DNA of 64,000 bases from an uncultured Actinomycetota bacterium (GTDB lineage: Bacteria > Actinomycetota > Actinomycetes > Propionibacteriales > Nocardioidaceae): the NCBI GenBank assembly GCA_963813615.1, contig CAWFAE010000016.1:164531-228530 (forward strand). Direction: 5' to 3'. Positions 26,091 to 39,339 of this stretch are shown piece after piece (the first letter of the stretch is position 1; each line of letters begins with the position of its first letter). The notes beneath the pieces are model-generated. The model was not told the origin of the DNA and made no database searches. It worked only from the letters and a program-made list of their open reading frames with translations. Both the position numbers and the translations under genes were made by a program.

Positions 26091-26131
26091 AGATCGAATA
26101 GATCTCCGAGCCGCACCTCGATGGTGCTCGG

Positions 26132-28731
26132 CTACCACCGGGCAGCGCCACCACGCCGAGCTCGGCGGGCGAGGCCAGCATCGGGTTCTTCGGCAGCACG
26201 CGGACGGTGTAGCCGAACGGGCCGGCTGGTCCGAGCGTCACCTCGACCGTCGAAGCGGTGCCGGTTGCCGTCGTAGGTCTCGGCCGGGCGCAGCGAGCGA
26301 CGACGGTCGGTTCGATCAGCTCGTCCTCGGAGTTGGTCCGGCCGTGCACGACCTGGACGTCGACGTCGTCGGGGGTCAGCTCGCCCAGCGACACGAACGC
26401 GCGGACGGTCGAGCGTCGCGCCGACCTCGGGCGCGTCGCCGACGCCGCTCGCTCTCGACGTGCTCGACCCGGACGCCGTCCCAGGCCGCCGCGCACCCGC
26501 GCCTTCCAGGCCGCCAGCTCCTGGGCGCCCTCGTAGTCGGAGTTGAGCGCGCGCGACGACTCGGCGGCCGGCGCGTAGAGCTGCGCGGACGTAGTCGCGC
26601 ACCATCCGGGTCGCCAGCACCTTCGGCCCGAGCGACTTGAGCGTGTGCCGCAGCATCTCGATCCAGCGCGCCGGCACGCCGTCGCCGTCGGCGTCGTAGA
26701 ACCGCGGCGCGACCTCGTTCTCGATCAGGTCGTAGAGCGCGGCGCCTCGAGGTCGTCGCGCTTGTCGGGGTCCTCGACGCCGTCGGCGGACGGGATCGCC
26801 CAGCCGTTCTCGCCGTCGTACCACTCGTCCCACCAGCCGTCGAGGATCGAGAGGTTGAGCGCCGCCGTTGAGCGCGGCCTTCATGCCGGACGTGCCGCAC
26901 GCCTCGTAGGGCCGCAGCGGGTTGTTGAGCCACACGTCGCAGCCCGGGTAGAGCGGCTGCGCCATCGCGATGTCGTAGTCGGGCAGGAACACGATCCGGT
27001 GCCGCACCTCCGGGTCGTCGGCGAACCGCACCATCTCCTGGATCAGCTTCTTGCCGCCGTCGTCGGCGGGGTGCGACTTGCCGGCGATCACGATCTGCAC
27101 CGGCCGCTCGGGGTGCAGCAGCAGCGCCTTCAGCCGCTCGGGGTCGCGCAGCATCAGCGTCAGCCGCTTGTACGACGGCACCCGGCGCGCGAAGCCGATC
27201 GTCAGCACGTCGGGGTCGAGCGCGCGTGTCGATCCAGCCGAGCTCGGCCTCGGCGCGCGCCGCGCTTGCGCCAGGACTGGCCGAGCCGGGCGCGGGCGTC
27301 CTCGACGAGCTGCTCGCGCAGCCGCCGCTTCACCGACCACAGCTCGGTGCCGGTGATCTTGTCGACCGCGGCCCAGAACGCGTCGGCGTCGTCGGAGTCG
27401 ACGTCGGCGCCGTGCGCCTGGCGGCCAGCTCGAACACCTCGCGGGCGACCCAGGTGGGCGCGTGCACGCCGTTGGTGATCGACGCTGATCGGCACCTCGG
27501 CCTCGTCGAAGGCCGGCCACAGCCCGTTGAACATCGCCGCGGCTGACCTCGCCGTGCAGCAGCGAGACGCCGTTGGCGCGCTGCGCCAGCCGGAAGCCCA
27601 TCACCGCCATGTTGAACACCGCCGGGTCGCCGCCCTCGAAGTCCTCGGCGCCGAGCGCCAGGATCCGCTCGACGGGCACGCCCGGGCGTGGCGCCGGCGT
27701 CGCTGAAGTACTGCTCGACCAGCGTCGCGCGGGAACCGGTCGATGCCGGCCGGCACCGGGGTGTGCGTGGTGAACACCGTGGACGCCCGGCCGACCTCGA
27801 GCGCCGTCTCGAAGTCGAGCCGCGGCCCCGCCTCGTCGACGGTGAGCTCGCGGATCCGCTCGATGCCGAGGAAGCCGGCGTGGCCCTCGTTGGTGTGGAA
27901 CACCTCGGGCTCCGGCGCGCCGGTGATCCGCGACCACTCCCGCAGCGCCCGGACCCCGCCGACGCCGAGCAGCAGCTCCTGCCGCAGCCGGTGCTCGCTG
28001 TTGCCGCCGTACAACCGGTCGGTGATCTCGACGTAGTGGTCGGGGTTGCTCCTCGACGTCGGTGTCGAGCATCAGCATCGGCACCCGGCCGACCTTGGCC
28101 ACCCAGATCAGGGCCACCAGGTCCGGGCCGCTCGGGCAGCGCGATGGTGATCGTGGCGCGCGTGCCGTCGGCGTCGCGCAGCAGCGAGATCGGCAGCCCG
28201 TCGGGGTCGAGCACCGGGTAGGTCTCCTGCTGCCAGCCCTCCCGCGAGAGCGACTGCTTGAAGTAGCCGTGCCGGTAGAGCAGGCCGACGCCGATCGATG
28301 GGTACGCCGAGGTCGCTGGCCGCCTTCAGGTGGTCGCCGGCCAGGATGCCGAGGCCGCCGGAGTACTGCGGCAGCACGGCGGTGATCCCGAACTCCGGCG
28401 AGAAGTAGGCGATCGAGGCCGGCCCGTTGCCGCCGCGGCGTTGGTACCAGCGGTCCTCGGTGAGGTAGCGCTCCAGGTCGGCGCGAGGCCACCCCGAGCC
28501 GCTCGAGGAAGCCCTCGTCGGCGGCCAGCTCCTCGAGCCGGGCGTTGCCCACCGCGCCGAGCAGCCGCACCGGGTCGCGCCCGGTCGTCTCCCAGAGCTC
28601 GGGGTCGACCTCGGCGAAGACGTCCTGGGCGGCGGGTGCCACGACCAGCGGAGATTGCCGGCGAGCTCGCCCAGCGCAGCCAGCGCGTCGGGCAGGACGG
28701 GACGGACCGTGAAGCGTCGGATCGCACGCAT
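26132..28731 (-). CDS. glgP: alpha-glucan (glycogen) phosphorylase (frameshifted)
   Basis: [18 protein letters not shown]...[46 protein letters not shown]. Confidence 0.93.
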
Positions 28732-28846
28732 GAACGGCAACGTACCGCCGATCACTTGAACGATCCAATAACCACCCGGCGGCTGGCCCGTTGTACCCCC
28801 GCAGACGATCCGCGGAATCTGCTTGGTGGGAGTCGAACGGGACGAG

Positions 28847-29365
28847 TCATGGGGGCTCGTCCCGTTCGGCATCTGCAGCTGCCTGCGAGGAACGAGCAGG
28901 CCGCGGCCGGTGGGTTTCGAGACGCTCGCTGGCGCTCGCGTGCTCGACCACCGGAGCACGACGCGCGGCTCGCCGCGCGACGCTTCCGGTGGTCGAGCAG
29001 CCCGGAGCGAGGAACGAGCGACGGGCGTCGTCGAGACCCCGGAACCGACCGACTCCGCCGCTGGCTCGGCGAGCGGTCTCGCGGTTGCGCCCCCGCGCGA
29101 GCGCCGGCAGGTCGTCGTACCGCCCCTCGATCAGCGCGATCCGCTTGGCGCGGCTCCACTTCCGGATCCGCTTCTCGTAGAAGAACGCGTCGTCCACCCG
29201 GGCGAAGTCAGCCGCCCAGGCCAACCTGACCGGGCGACGCCGACGCGGCTTCGTGTACGACGCCCCCTCGCCGAGGTTGTGCTGACTGATCCTTCGTTCG
29301 AGGTCGATCGTGCTTCCGACGTAGAAGCTGCCGTCGGCACACTCGAGGATGTAGGTCCAGGCCAT
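28847..29365 (-). CDS. GIY-YIG nuclease family protein (YhbQ/UPF0213-like); as assembled the frame runs on through the repeats
   Basis: [38 protein letters not shown]...RPVRL...[20 protein letters not shown]; the domain ends near 29100. Confidence 0.88.
   Translation of the reverse strand: MAWTYILECADGSFYVGSTIDLERRISQHNLGEGASYTKPRRRRPVRLAWAADFARVDDAFFYEKRIRKWSRAKRIALIEGRYDDLPALARGRNRETARRASGGVGRFRGLDDARRSFLAPGCSTTGSVARRAARRAPVVEHASASERLETHRPRPARSSQAAADAERDEPP
28881..29040. repeat. REP-like palindromic repeat cluster left of the GIY-YIG gene (modules 28881-28901, 28913-28954, 28986-29040)
   Basis: GGTTTCGAGACGCTCGCTGGCGCTCGCGTGCTCGACCACCGG followed by an inverted copy CCGGTGGTCGAGCAGCCCGGAGCGAGGAACGAGCGACGGGCGTCGTCGAGACCCC. 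Confidence 0.85.
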
Positions 29366-29425
29366 GCGGTGCGCGTTCCCGGCCGCCTTGCGCGATCCAC
29401 GGCCGCTGCGCCTGTGGTCGAGGCC

Positions 29426-29507
29426 GGGGTCTCGACGACGCTCGCTGGCGCTCGCTGCTCGACCACCGTTGGCCGACGCTCGCCGGCGCTCGCTGCTCGA
29501 CCAGCGG
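29426..29507. repeat. REP-like palindromic repeats right of the GIY-YIG gene (29426-29468, 29475-29507)
   Basis: GGGGTCTCGACGACGCTCGCTGGCGCTCGCTGCTCGACCACCG and a partial copy GACGCTCGCCGGCGCTCGCTGCTCGACCAGCGG. Confidence 0.85.
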
Positions 29508-29563
29508 GGCGCGACGCGCCGGGGGCGTTTGCGTCCCGGGGTGGAGTTCGCGAGTGTTGAGGC

Positions 29564-33216
<3,653 letters not shown>

Positions 33217-33220
<4 letters not shown>

Positions 33221-34580
33221 ACCTGGAGTCGCTCAAGGCGTTCGTGACCGAGGCCCGCTGGTTCGGCGGCAAGGGCCGCGAGTTCGAGATCGGCGACGTA
33301 CGCCGGCTGGCCGAGGTGCCCGGTGCCCCCGAGGACGGGCCGTCGACCCACCTCCACCTGGTCGAGCTCCGCTACGACGACGGCGGGGTCGAGCTCTACC
33401 AGGTGCCGCTGGTCTTCTACAGCGAGCCCGCAGTCCCGCCTCGACCACGCCTTCGTCGGCTGGTGGGAGGAAGAGGAGCTCGGCTGGGTGCACGCCTACG
33501 ACGCGCTGCACGACCGGGAGGCGATGGCCGGCTGGCTGCACGCCTTCGACACCAAGCCGGAGGGCGACCTGCGGTTCGAGCGGATCCCCGGGCACGAGCT
33601 GGACCTGGAGGCGCACTCGACGCTGTTCAGCGGCGAGCAGTCCAACTCCTCGGTGGCGTTCGGCGAGGACTCGATCCTCAAGGTGTTCCGCAAGATCACC
33701 CCCGGCACCAACCCCGACATCGCGATCCACGAGGTGCTCACGGAGGCCGGCTCGGAGCACGTCGCCCAGCTCTACGGCTGGGTGGAGGCCGACACCGACG
33801 ACGGGCTGCTCCACCTGGCGATGCTGCAGCAGTTCCTGCGCACCGCCACCGACGGCTGGGAGCTGGCGCTGACCAGCGTGCGCAACCTGTTCGCGGAGGC
33901 CGACCTGCACGCCGACGAGGTGGGCGGCGACTTCGCGGGCGAGTCCACCCGGCTCGGCATCGCGCTGTGCCGAGGTGCACGTCACCCTGGCCGAGAACTT
34001 CGAGACCGGCACGGTGCCGGCGGCCGAGGTGGCGGAGGGGATGCGCGCCCGGCTCGACGAGGCGACCCCGATCGTGCCGGAGCTGGCGTCGTACACCGCC
34101 CAGCTGCGCGGCGCCTACGACGCGCTGGAGGCGCTCGGCGAGCTGGAGGTGCAGCGGATCCACGCCGACCTGCACCTCGGTCAGACGCTGCGCACGGTGC
34201 TGGGCTGGAAGGTCGTCGACTTCGAGGGCGAGCCGGCCAAGCCGCTCTCCGAGCGGGTGCTGCCCGACTCCCCCTGGCGTGACGTGGCCGGGATGATGCG
34301 GTCCTTCGACTACGCCGCGCACGCCGTGCAGCGCACCCTCGCCGGCCACGACGAGACCTCCGCCCACCAGCGCGCCCGGCGCGCCGAGGAGTGGGCGGCC
34401 CGCAACAAGCAGCACTTCCTGGAGGCCTACGCCGACGGCGAGCTCGACGGACGGCAGGGCACCATGCTCGCGGCGTACGTCGCCGACAAGGCGGTCTACG
34501 AGTGCGTCTACGAGACCCGCAACCGGCCGGCCTGGGTGTCGATCCCGCTCGAGGCCGTGGCCCGGATCGGAGTGCCGTGA
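33217..34580 (+). CDS. mak: maltokinase (Pep2/Mak) (frameshifted)
   Basis: [51 protein letters not shown]; located between treS and glgB. Confidence 0.88.
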
Positions 34581-36775
34581 CCGTGAAGGTGCCCGTCGAG
34601 GAGCTCGAGCAGATCATCCGCGGCGAGCACGGGGAGCCGCACGCCGTACTCGGCCCGCACCCCCACGAGGGCGGGGTGACGGTGCGCACGCTCAAGCCCC
34701 TGGCCCGGCGGGTGGAGGTGCTGCACAAGAACGGCCCCACCCCGCTCACCCACGAGCACGGCGGGATCTGGGTCGGCGAGCTGCCCGGCACGGAGGTCCC
34801 CGACTACCGGCTGGCGGTGACCTACGACGGCCTCACGCACGAGGTCGACGACCCGTACCGCTTCCTGCCCACGCTCGGCCAGGTCGACCTGCACCTGATC
34901 AACGAGGGTCGGCACGAGCAGCTGTGGGAGGTGCTCGGCGCGCGGGTCCACCACTACGAGACCCCGCTGGGCGACACGGTGTCCGGTACGTCGTTCGCGG
35001 TGTGGGCGCCCAAGGCCCGCGGGGTCCGGGTGAAGGGCGACTTCAACTCCTGGGACGGCCGCGAGCACCCGATGCGCCAGCTCGGCGAGTCGGGCGTGTG
35101 GGAGCTGTTCGTGCCTGACATCGGCTCGGGGACGACGTACAAGTACTGGATCCTGGGCGCCGACGGGCAGTGGCAAGAGAAGGCCGACCCGCTCGCGTTC
35201 CACGCCGAGGTGGCGCCCGCGACCTCGTCGCGCGTCTTCGAGACGGCGCACGTGTGGGGCGACGACGCCTGGATGGCCGACCGCGCCCAGAAGCAGCCGG
35301 TCGACGAGGCGATGTCGATCTACGAGATGCACCTCGGCTCGTGGAAGCGGCACCCCGACGGCGGGTTCTGGTCCTACGACGAGCTCGCCGACGACCTGGT
35401 CCCCTACCTCTCCGACCTCGGGTTCACCCACGTCGAGCTGATGCCGGTGATGCAGCACCCGTTCGGCGGGTCGTGGGGCTACCACGTGACGTCGTACTTC
35501 GCCCCGGACTCGCGGTTCGGCGACCCCGATGGCTTCCGCCGCCTGGTCGACAAGCTGCACCAGGCCGGCATCGGCGTGATCCTCGACTGGGTGCCGGGCC
35601 ACTTCGCCACCGACCCGTGGGCGCTGGCGCGGTTCGACGGCGGCCCGCTCTACGAGGACCCGAACCCACAGCGCGGCTGGCACGAGGAGTGGGGCTCGCA
35701 CATCTTCGACTTCGGCCGCCACGAGGTGCGCAACTTCCTCTATGCCAACGCGGTCTACTGGCTGGAGGAGTTCCACGCCGACGGGCTGCGCGTCGACGGC
35801 GTCGCCTCGATGCTCTACCTCGACTACGCGCGCGACGAAGGCAAGTGGACGCCCAACAAGTACGGCGGCCGCGAGAACCTCGAGGCGGTCCAGTTCCTGC
35901 AGGAGATGAACGCCACCGTCTACAAGCGGGTGCCCGGGATCGTGACCATCGCCGAGGAGTCGACGTCGTGGCCGCAGGTCACCGGCCCCACCTCGGGCGG
36001 CGGCCTGGGGTTCGGCTTCAAGTGGAACATGGGCTGGATGCACGACACGCTCGACTACCTCGAGCGCGAGCCGGTGCACCGCTCCTACCACCACGGCGAG
36101 ATGACGTTCTCGCTCGTCTACGCGTTCTCCGAGAACTACGTGCTGCCGCTGTCCCATGACGAGGTCGTGCACGGCAAGGGGTCGCTGCCCCGGAAGATGC
36201 CCGGTGACCGCTGGCAGCAGCTGGCCAGCCTGCGTGCCTACCTCGGGTTCATGTGGGCCCACCCCGGCAAGCAGCTGACGTTCATGGGCATCGAGATCGG
36301 CCAGGAGGCCGAGTGGGCCGAGTCGCGCGAGCTCGACTGGTGGCTGCTCGAACACCCGGAGCACCGCGGCGTGCAGTCCGTCGTACGCGATCTCAACGCG
36401 GCGTACCGCGCCTCCCCCGCCTTCTGGGGCCGCGACGCCTCCCCGGAGGGCTTCACCTGGATCGACGCCAACGACGCCCACCGCAACGTCTTCTCCTTCG
36501 TACGCCGCGCCCCCGACGCCCCCGACGTCGTCTGCGTCTCCAACTTCGCGTCCATCCCGCACGAGCACTACCGCCTCGGCCTCCCCGCCGAGGGCGAGTG
36601 GCGCGAGATCCTCAACACCGACGCCGAGATCTACGGCGGCTCCGGCGTCGGCAACCTCGGCGCGGTCACCGCCACCGCCGACCCCTCCCTCGCCGACACC
36701 CCCGGTGCCAGCGCGGCGTACGCCGAGATCGTGGTGCCGCCGCTGGCGACCGTCTGGTTCAGGCGAGACGGCTGA
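34577..36775 (+). CDS. glgB: 1,4-alpha-glucan branching enzyme
   Basis: IYEMHLGSW, HPFGGSWGY, LRVDGVASMLY, IAEEST, LPLSHDEVVHGKGS. Confidence 0.96.
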   Translation: MTVKVPVEELEQIIRGEHGEPHAVLGPHPHEGGVTVRTLKPLARRVEVLHKNGPTPLTHEHGGIWVGELPGTEVPDYRLAVTYDGLTHEVDDPYRFLPTLGQVDLHLINEGRHEQLWEVLGARVHHYETPLGDTVSGTSFAVWAPKARGVRVKGDFNSWDGREHPMRQLGESGVWELFVPDIGSGTTYKYWILGADGQWQEKADPLAFHAEVAPATSSRVFETAHVWGDDAWMADRAQKQPVDEAMSIYEMHLGSWKRHPDGGFWSYDELADDLVPYLSDLGFTHVELMPVMQHPFGGSWGYHVTSYFAPDSRFGDPDGFRRLVDKLHQAGIGVILDWVPGHFATDPWALARFDGGPLYEDPNPQRGWHEEWGSHIFDFGRHEVRNFLYANAVYWLEEFHADGLRVDGVASMLYLDYARDEGKWTPNKYGGRENLEAVQFLQEMNATVYKRVPGIVTIAEESTSWPQVTGPTSGGGLGFGFKWNMGWMHDTLDYLEREPVHRSYHHGEMTFSLVYAFSENYVLPLSHDEVVHGKGSLPRKMPGDRWQQLASLRAYLGFMWAHPGKQLTFMGIEIGQEAEWAESRELDWWLLEHPEHRGVQSVVRDLNAAYRASPAFWGRDASPEGFTWIDANDAHRNVFSFVRRAPDAPDVVCVSNFASIPHEHYRLGLPAEGEWREILNTDAEIYGGSGVGNLGAVTATADPSLADTPGASAAYAEIVVPPLATVWFRRDG

Positions 36776-37003
36776 GGAGCCGCCCCCGCACCCGGTGCAG
36801 CCGCGGCATCACGCCGTAGATCACGATCGGTACGGCGACGGTCGCGAGCACGAACGTCCGCAGCACGCTGGGCGCGTCGACCAGCAGGTCGCCGAGAGCG
36901 AGGTTGAGCACCGTCAGGGTCGGGAAGACCGCGACCCAGATCATCAGGCGAGCTGGTGCTTGGTGGGCGGCGGGATGGTCGGGGTGTTCTGAGTCTGGGT
37001 CAT
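36759..37003 (-). CDS. small two-TM membrane protein (one frameshift)
   Basis: PPTKHQLA/LMIWVAVFPTLTVLNLALG...RTFVLATVAVPIVIYGVMPRL. Confidence 0.6.
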
Positions 37004-37079
37004 GCATCGAGGGTGGCCGCCGGCACCCCCGACGACAACGCTTGTTGCCGTTTCCGGGAATTGCCGCTGCAATGGCCGG

Positions 37080-37679
37080 GTGAGCAAGCAATCACGCGGT
37101 GCGTCCGAGGTCGCCTCCACCCTCGACCTGGTGGCCCCACGACTGCGCCGGGTCAGGGAGGAGCGGGGTATCACGCTGACCGAGGTCTCTGAGCGGACGG
37201 GGATCTCGAAGAGCACCCTGTCTCGCCTGGAGAACGGCCAGCGCCGCCCGAGCCTCGAGCTGCTCCTGCCCCTCGCCCAGACCTATCGGGTGCCGCTGGA
37301 CGACCTGGTCGGCGCGCCCGACGTCGGCGACCCCCGGATCCGGCTCAAGCCCCGCCGAGTCCACGGGCGCACCGTCGTTCCGCTGACCCGGCACCCGGGC
37401 GAGGTCCAGGCGTGGAAGATGCTGATTCCGGCGAGCCAGTCGAAGCCGACCACGCGGACCCACGACGGCTACGAGTGGCTCTACGTCCTGACCGGCAAGA
37501 TGCGGCTGATCCTGGGCGAACAGGATCTCGTCCTCGGCGTCGGCGAGGCCGCGGAGTTCGACACCCAGGTGCCGCACTGGTTCGGCAGCACCGGCGACGG
37601 CCCGGCAGAGGTGCTGAGCATCTTCGGCCGGCCCGGTGAGCGGATGCATGTCCGGACCACCGGAACCGGCGGTGAGTAA
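37080..37679 (+). CDS. XRE-family HTH plus cupin transcriptional regulator
   Basis: LTEVSERTGISKSTLSRLENGQR; HDGYEWLYVL...FDTQVPHWF. Confidence 0.9.
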   Translation: MSKQSRGASEVASTLDLVAPRLRRVREERGITLTEVSERTGISKSTLSRLENGQRRPSLELLLPLAQTYRVPLDDLVGAPDVGDPRIRLKPRRVHGRTVVPLTRHPGEVQAWKMLIPASQSKPTTRTHDGYEWLYVLTGKMRLILGEQDLVLGVGEAAEFDTQVPHWFGSTGDGPAEVLSIFGRPGERMHVRTTGTGGE

Positions 37680-37931
37680 TGCCGGGTCCGCCGGCCGAAT
37701 ACCCGGCACTGGTCACCGCTGCCGGCGCCGTGCATCCGTCACCGGCCGACGACCTCGACGAGCCCCACCTCCTTCCTCTGGGACACCTCGCCTGACAGTC
37801 GACGCGGCGGCCGTCGGGCCGCGGATCCGCCGCGGTCAGCAGGCCGGGCCACCGGGTGCAGCGACTGACTTGCGGGTCGGCGCGGTGTTCGGTGAGGCGT
37901 TCGAGACCGCCCGCAAGGAGCTCCGGAAGCG

Positions 37932-38259
37932 CTAGCGCAGCACGTAGATGTGCGCCTCCACCGCGTCACCGCTCGGCGAGCCCGGCAATGGTCAGGACCC
38001 GCTCGTAGCCCTCGCCCTCGAACTCGTCGAGGCGCTCCCAGTGCCGGGCGAGCTCATCCGAGCTGAACACGAAGCCCGCGACCTCGGGACCGTCCTCGCT
38101 GAGGATGATGACGGGGTATCCCAAGGCCGCACCCCAGCCCTCCGGCAGCAGCTCGCCCCTGACCGTCGCGGGCTCCCAGGTGCCAGGAACGTCGGCAAGC
38201 ACGTGCTCATTGGGTCGACCCGGGGCGAGGGTTCCGTAGACGAAGAGCCTGTGAGACAT
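37932..38259 (-). CDS. gamma-glutamylcyclotransferase (AIG2-like) family protein
   Basis: LFVYGTLAPGRPN...LDEFEGEGYER. Confidence 0.85.
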
Positions 38260-38302
38260 CGACAGCGACCCTAGACGGGCGGCCGACGCGACGCGGGTCG
38301 CG

Positions 38303-38476
38303 TCAGGCGCACCAGCGGATGGACTCGCTGGCCTGGTCCGCAGCGGGTAGCAGTCCCGCGAGGTCGGGCCGGCGACGCAACAGCTCGTCGAGCACCCGCG
38401 CACGTCTCGCCTCGCGACGCTCCCGTTCGGCGGCTTCCGACAGGTCCGGCGCGTCCTTCTTGGACGTGGGCATCAT
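38303..38476 (-). CDS. small hypothetical protein (57 aa)
   Basis: MMPTSKKDAPDLSEAAERERREARRARVLDELLRRRPDL...IRWCA*; start overlaps the upstream stop (ATGA). Confidence 0.5.
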   Translation of the reverse strand: MMPTSKKDAPDLSEAAERERREARRARVLDELLRRRPDLAGLLPAADQASESIRWCA

Positions 38477-38646
38477 GGCGTCGGTCGGCGGACAACCCAC
38501 CAGGCCGCGGCGTACGCCGCGAGCACTGCGGGGAGCGTCTGGTAGCTCTCGCCGAAGACGACCGCACCGATGTGGACGGTCGCCACGATCCCGAGCACGA
38601 GGCGCGCCGGGTCGACCGAACGCGGTGGCACTTCTTGCTCGACCAT
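38473..38646 (-). CDS. small membrane protein (57 aa; not in the ORF track)
   Basis: MVEQEVPPRSVDPARLVLGIVATVHIGAVVFGESYQTLPAVLAAYAAAWWVVRRPTP*; AT-rich TATTAT just upstream. Confidence 0.5.
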   Translation of the reverse strand: MVEQEVPPRSVDPARLVLGIVATVHIGAVVFGESYQTLPAVLAAYAAAWWVVRRPTP

Positions 38647-38717
38647 AGTGACCTAATAATAGCAACACACTGCACTTAAGGTCGATCTGTGAGTCCGTGC
38701 GTCGCGGGATCGACGGC

Positions 38718-39339
38718 CTACAGCAGCGGCAGGTGAGAGTCATCCGTGCCGACGCGCCCGGCCGCGAGCTCGGATCCAGGCCATCGGGTCGTTCACGTCG
38801 GGCCGACTCCCCGAGCGCTCCTCGTAAGCGTCGGCAAGAGTCGCCGCGACCGACTCGGCGGCTTCTTCGACCACCGGTGAGGTCCGCGCGTCGATGGCCC
38901 GCTCCAGATCGTCGCCGTGCACGACCAGCTCGAGCAGCCTGGTCTGCAGGTAGTCCGCGTAGGTGAGCGGGCCACGCCTGCCGAGGACGACGGGCCAGTC
39001 GACGCCCTCGATGGCGGCGAACGCCTCCGCAGCGATGCGGTCGAGGCCGGCCAGCAGATCCGGCTGCAGCTCGGCCGCCAGATCCCGCGTGCCGGCGGCG
39101 ATCGCTTCGGCGGCGGGCGGGTAGTGGCCGACGTAGCGCCCGAACGACATCGGCTCGGTCCCGGGCTGCGCTGGCGTGATCTCGGTGAGCATGCCCAGGC
39201 CGAGGCCCAGGTGCGCCACGAGGTCGGAGACGCTCCAGGCACCCAGCCCGGTCGGGAGCTCCCCGCGGTCCAGCACATCGGCGTCGTCCAGCCAGCCGCG
39301 CAGCGCCAGCCACTGCTCCCGCAGCAGCTCCTCACGCAT
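38718..39339 (-). CDS. DinB/mycothiol maleylpyruvate isomerase N-terminal domain protein
   Basis: PTGLGAWSVSDLVAHL...TRLLELVVHGDDL. Confidence 0.8.

Noticed and set aside
28847-29365. GIY-YIG gene as an intron-encoded homing endonuclease or UvrC
   Set aside because: It is intergenic, has only the short catalytic domain, and shows no intron context or UvrC domains
28881-29507. CRISPR array or IS/MITE interpretation of the repeats
   Set aside because: Copies are in mixed orientation, of unequal length and without regular spacers; no cas or transposase gene and no target duplication seen
37680-37935. Possible small gene or ncRNA between the XRE regulator and the GGCT gene
   Set aside because: Only a weak GC hairpin and an unconvincing ORF tail; no recognisable motif
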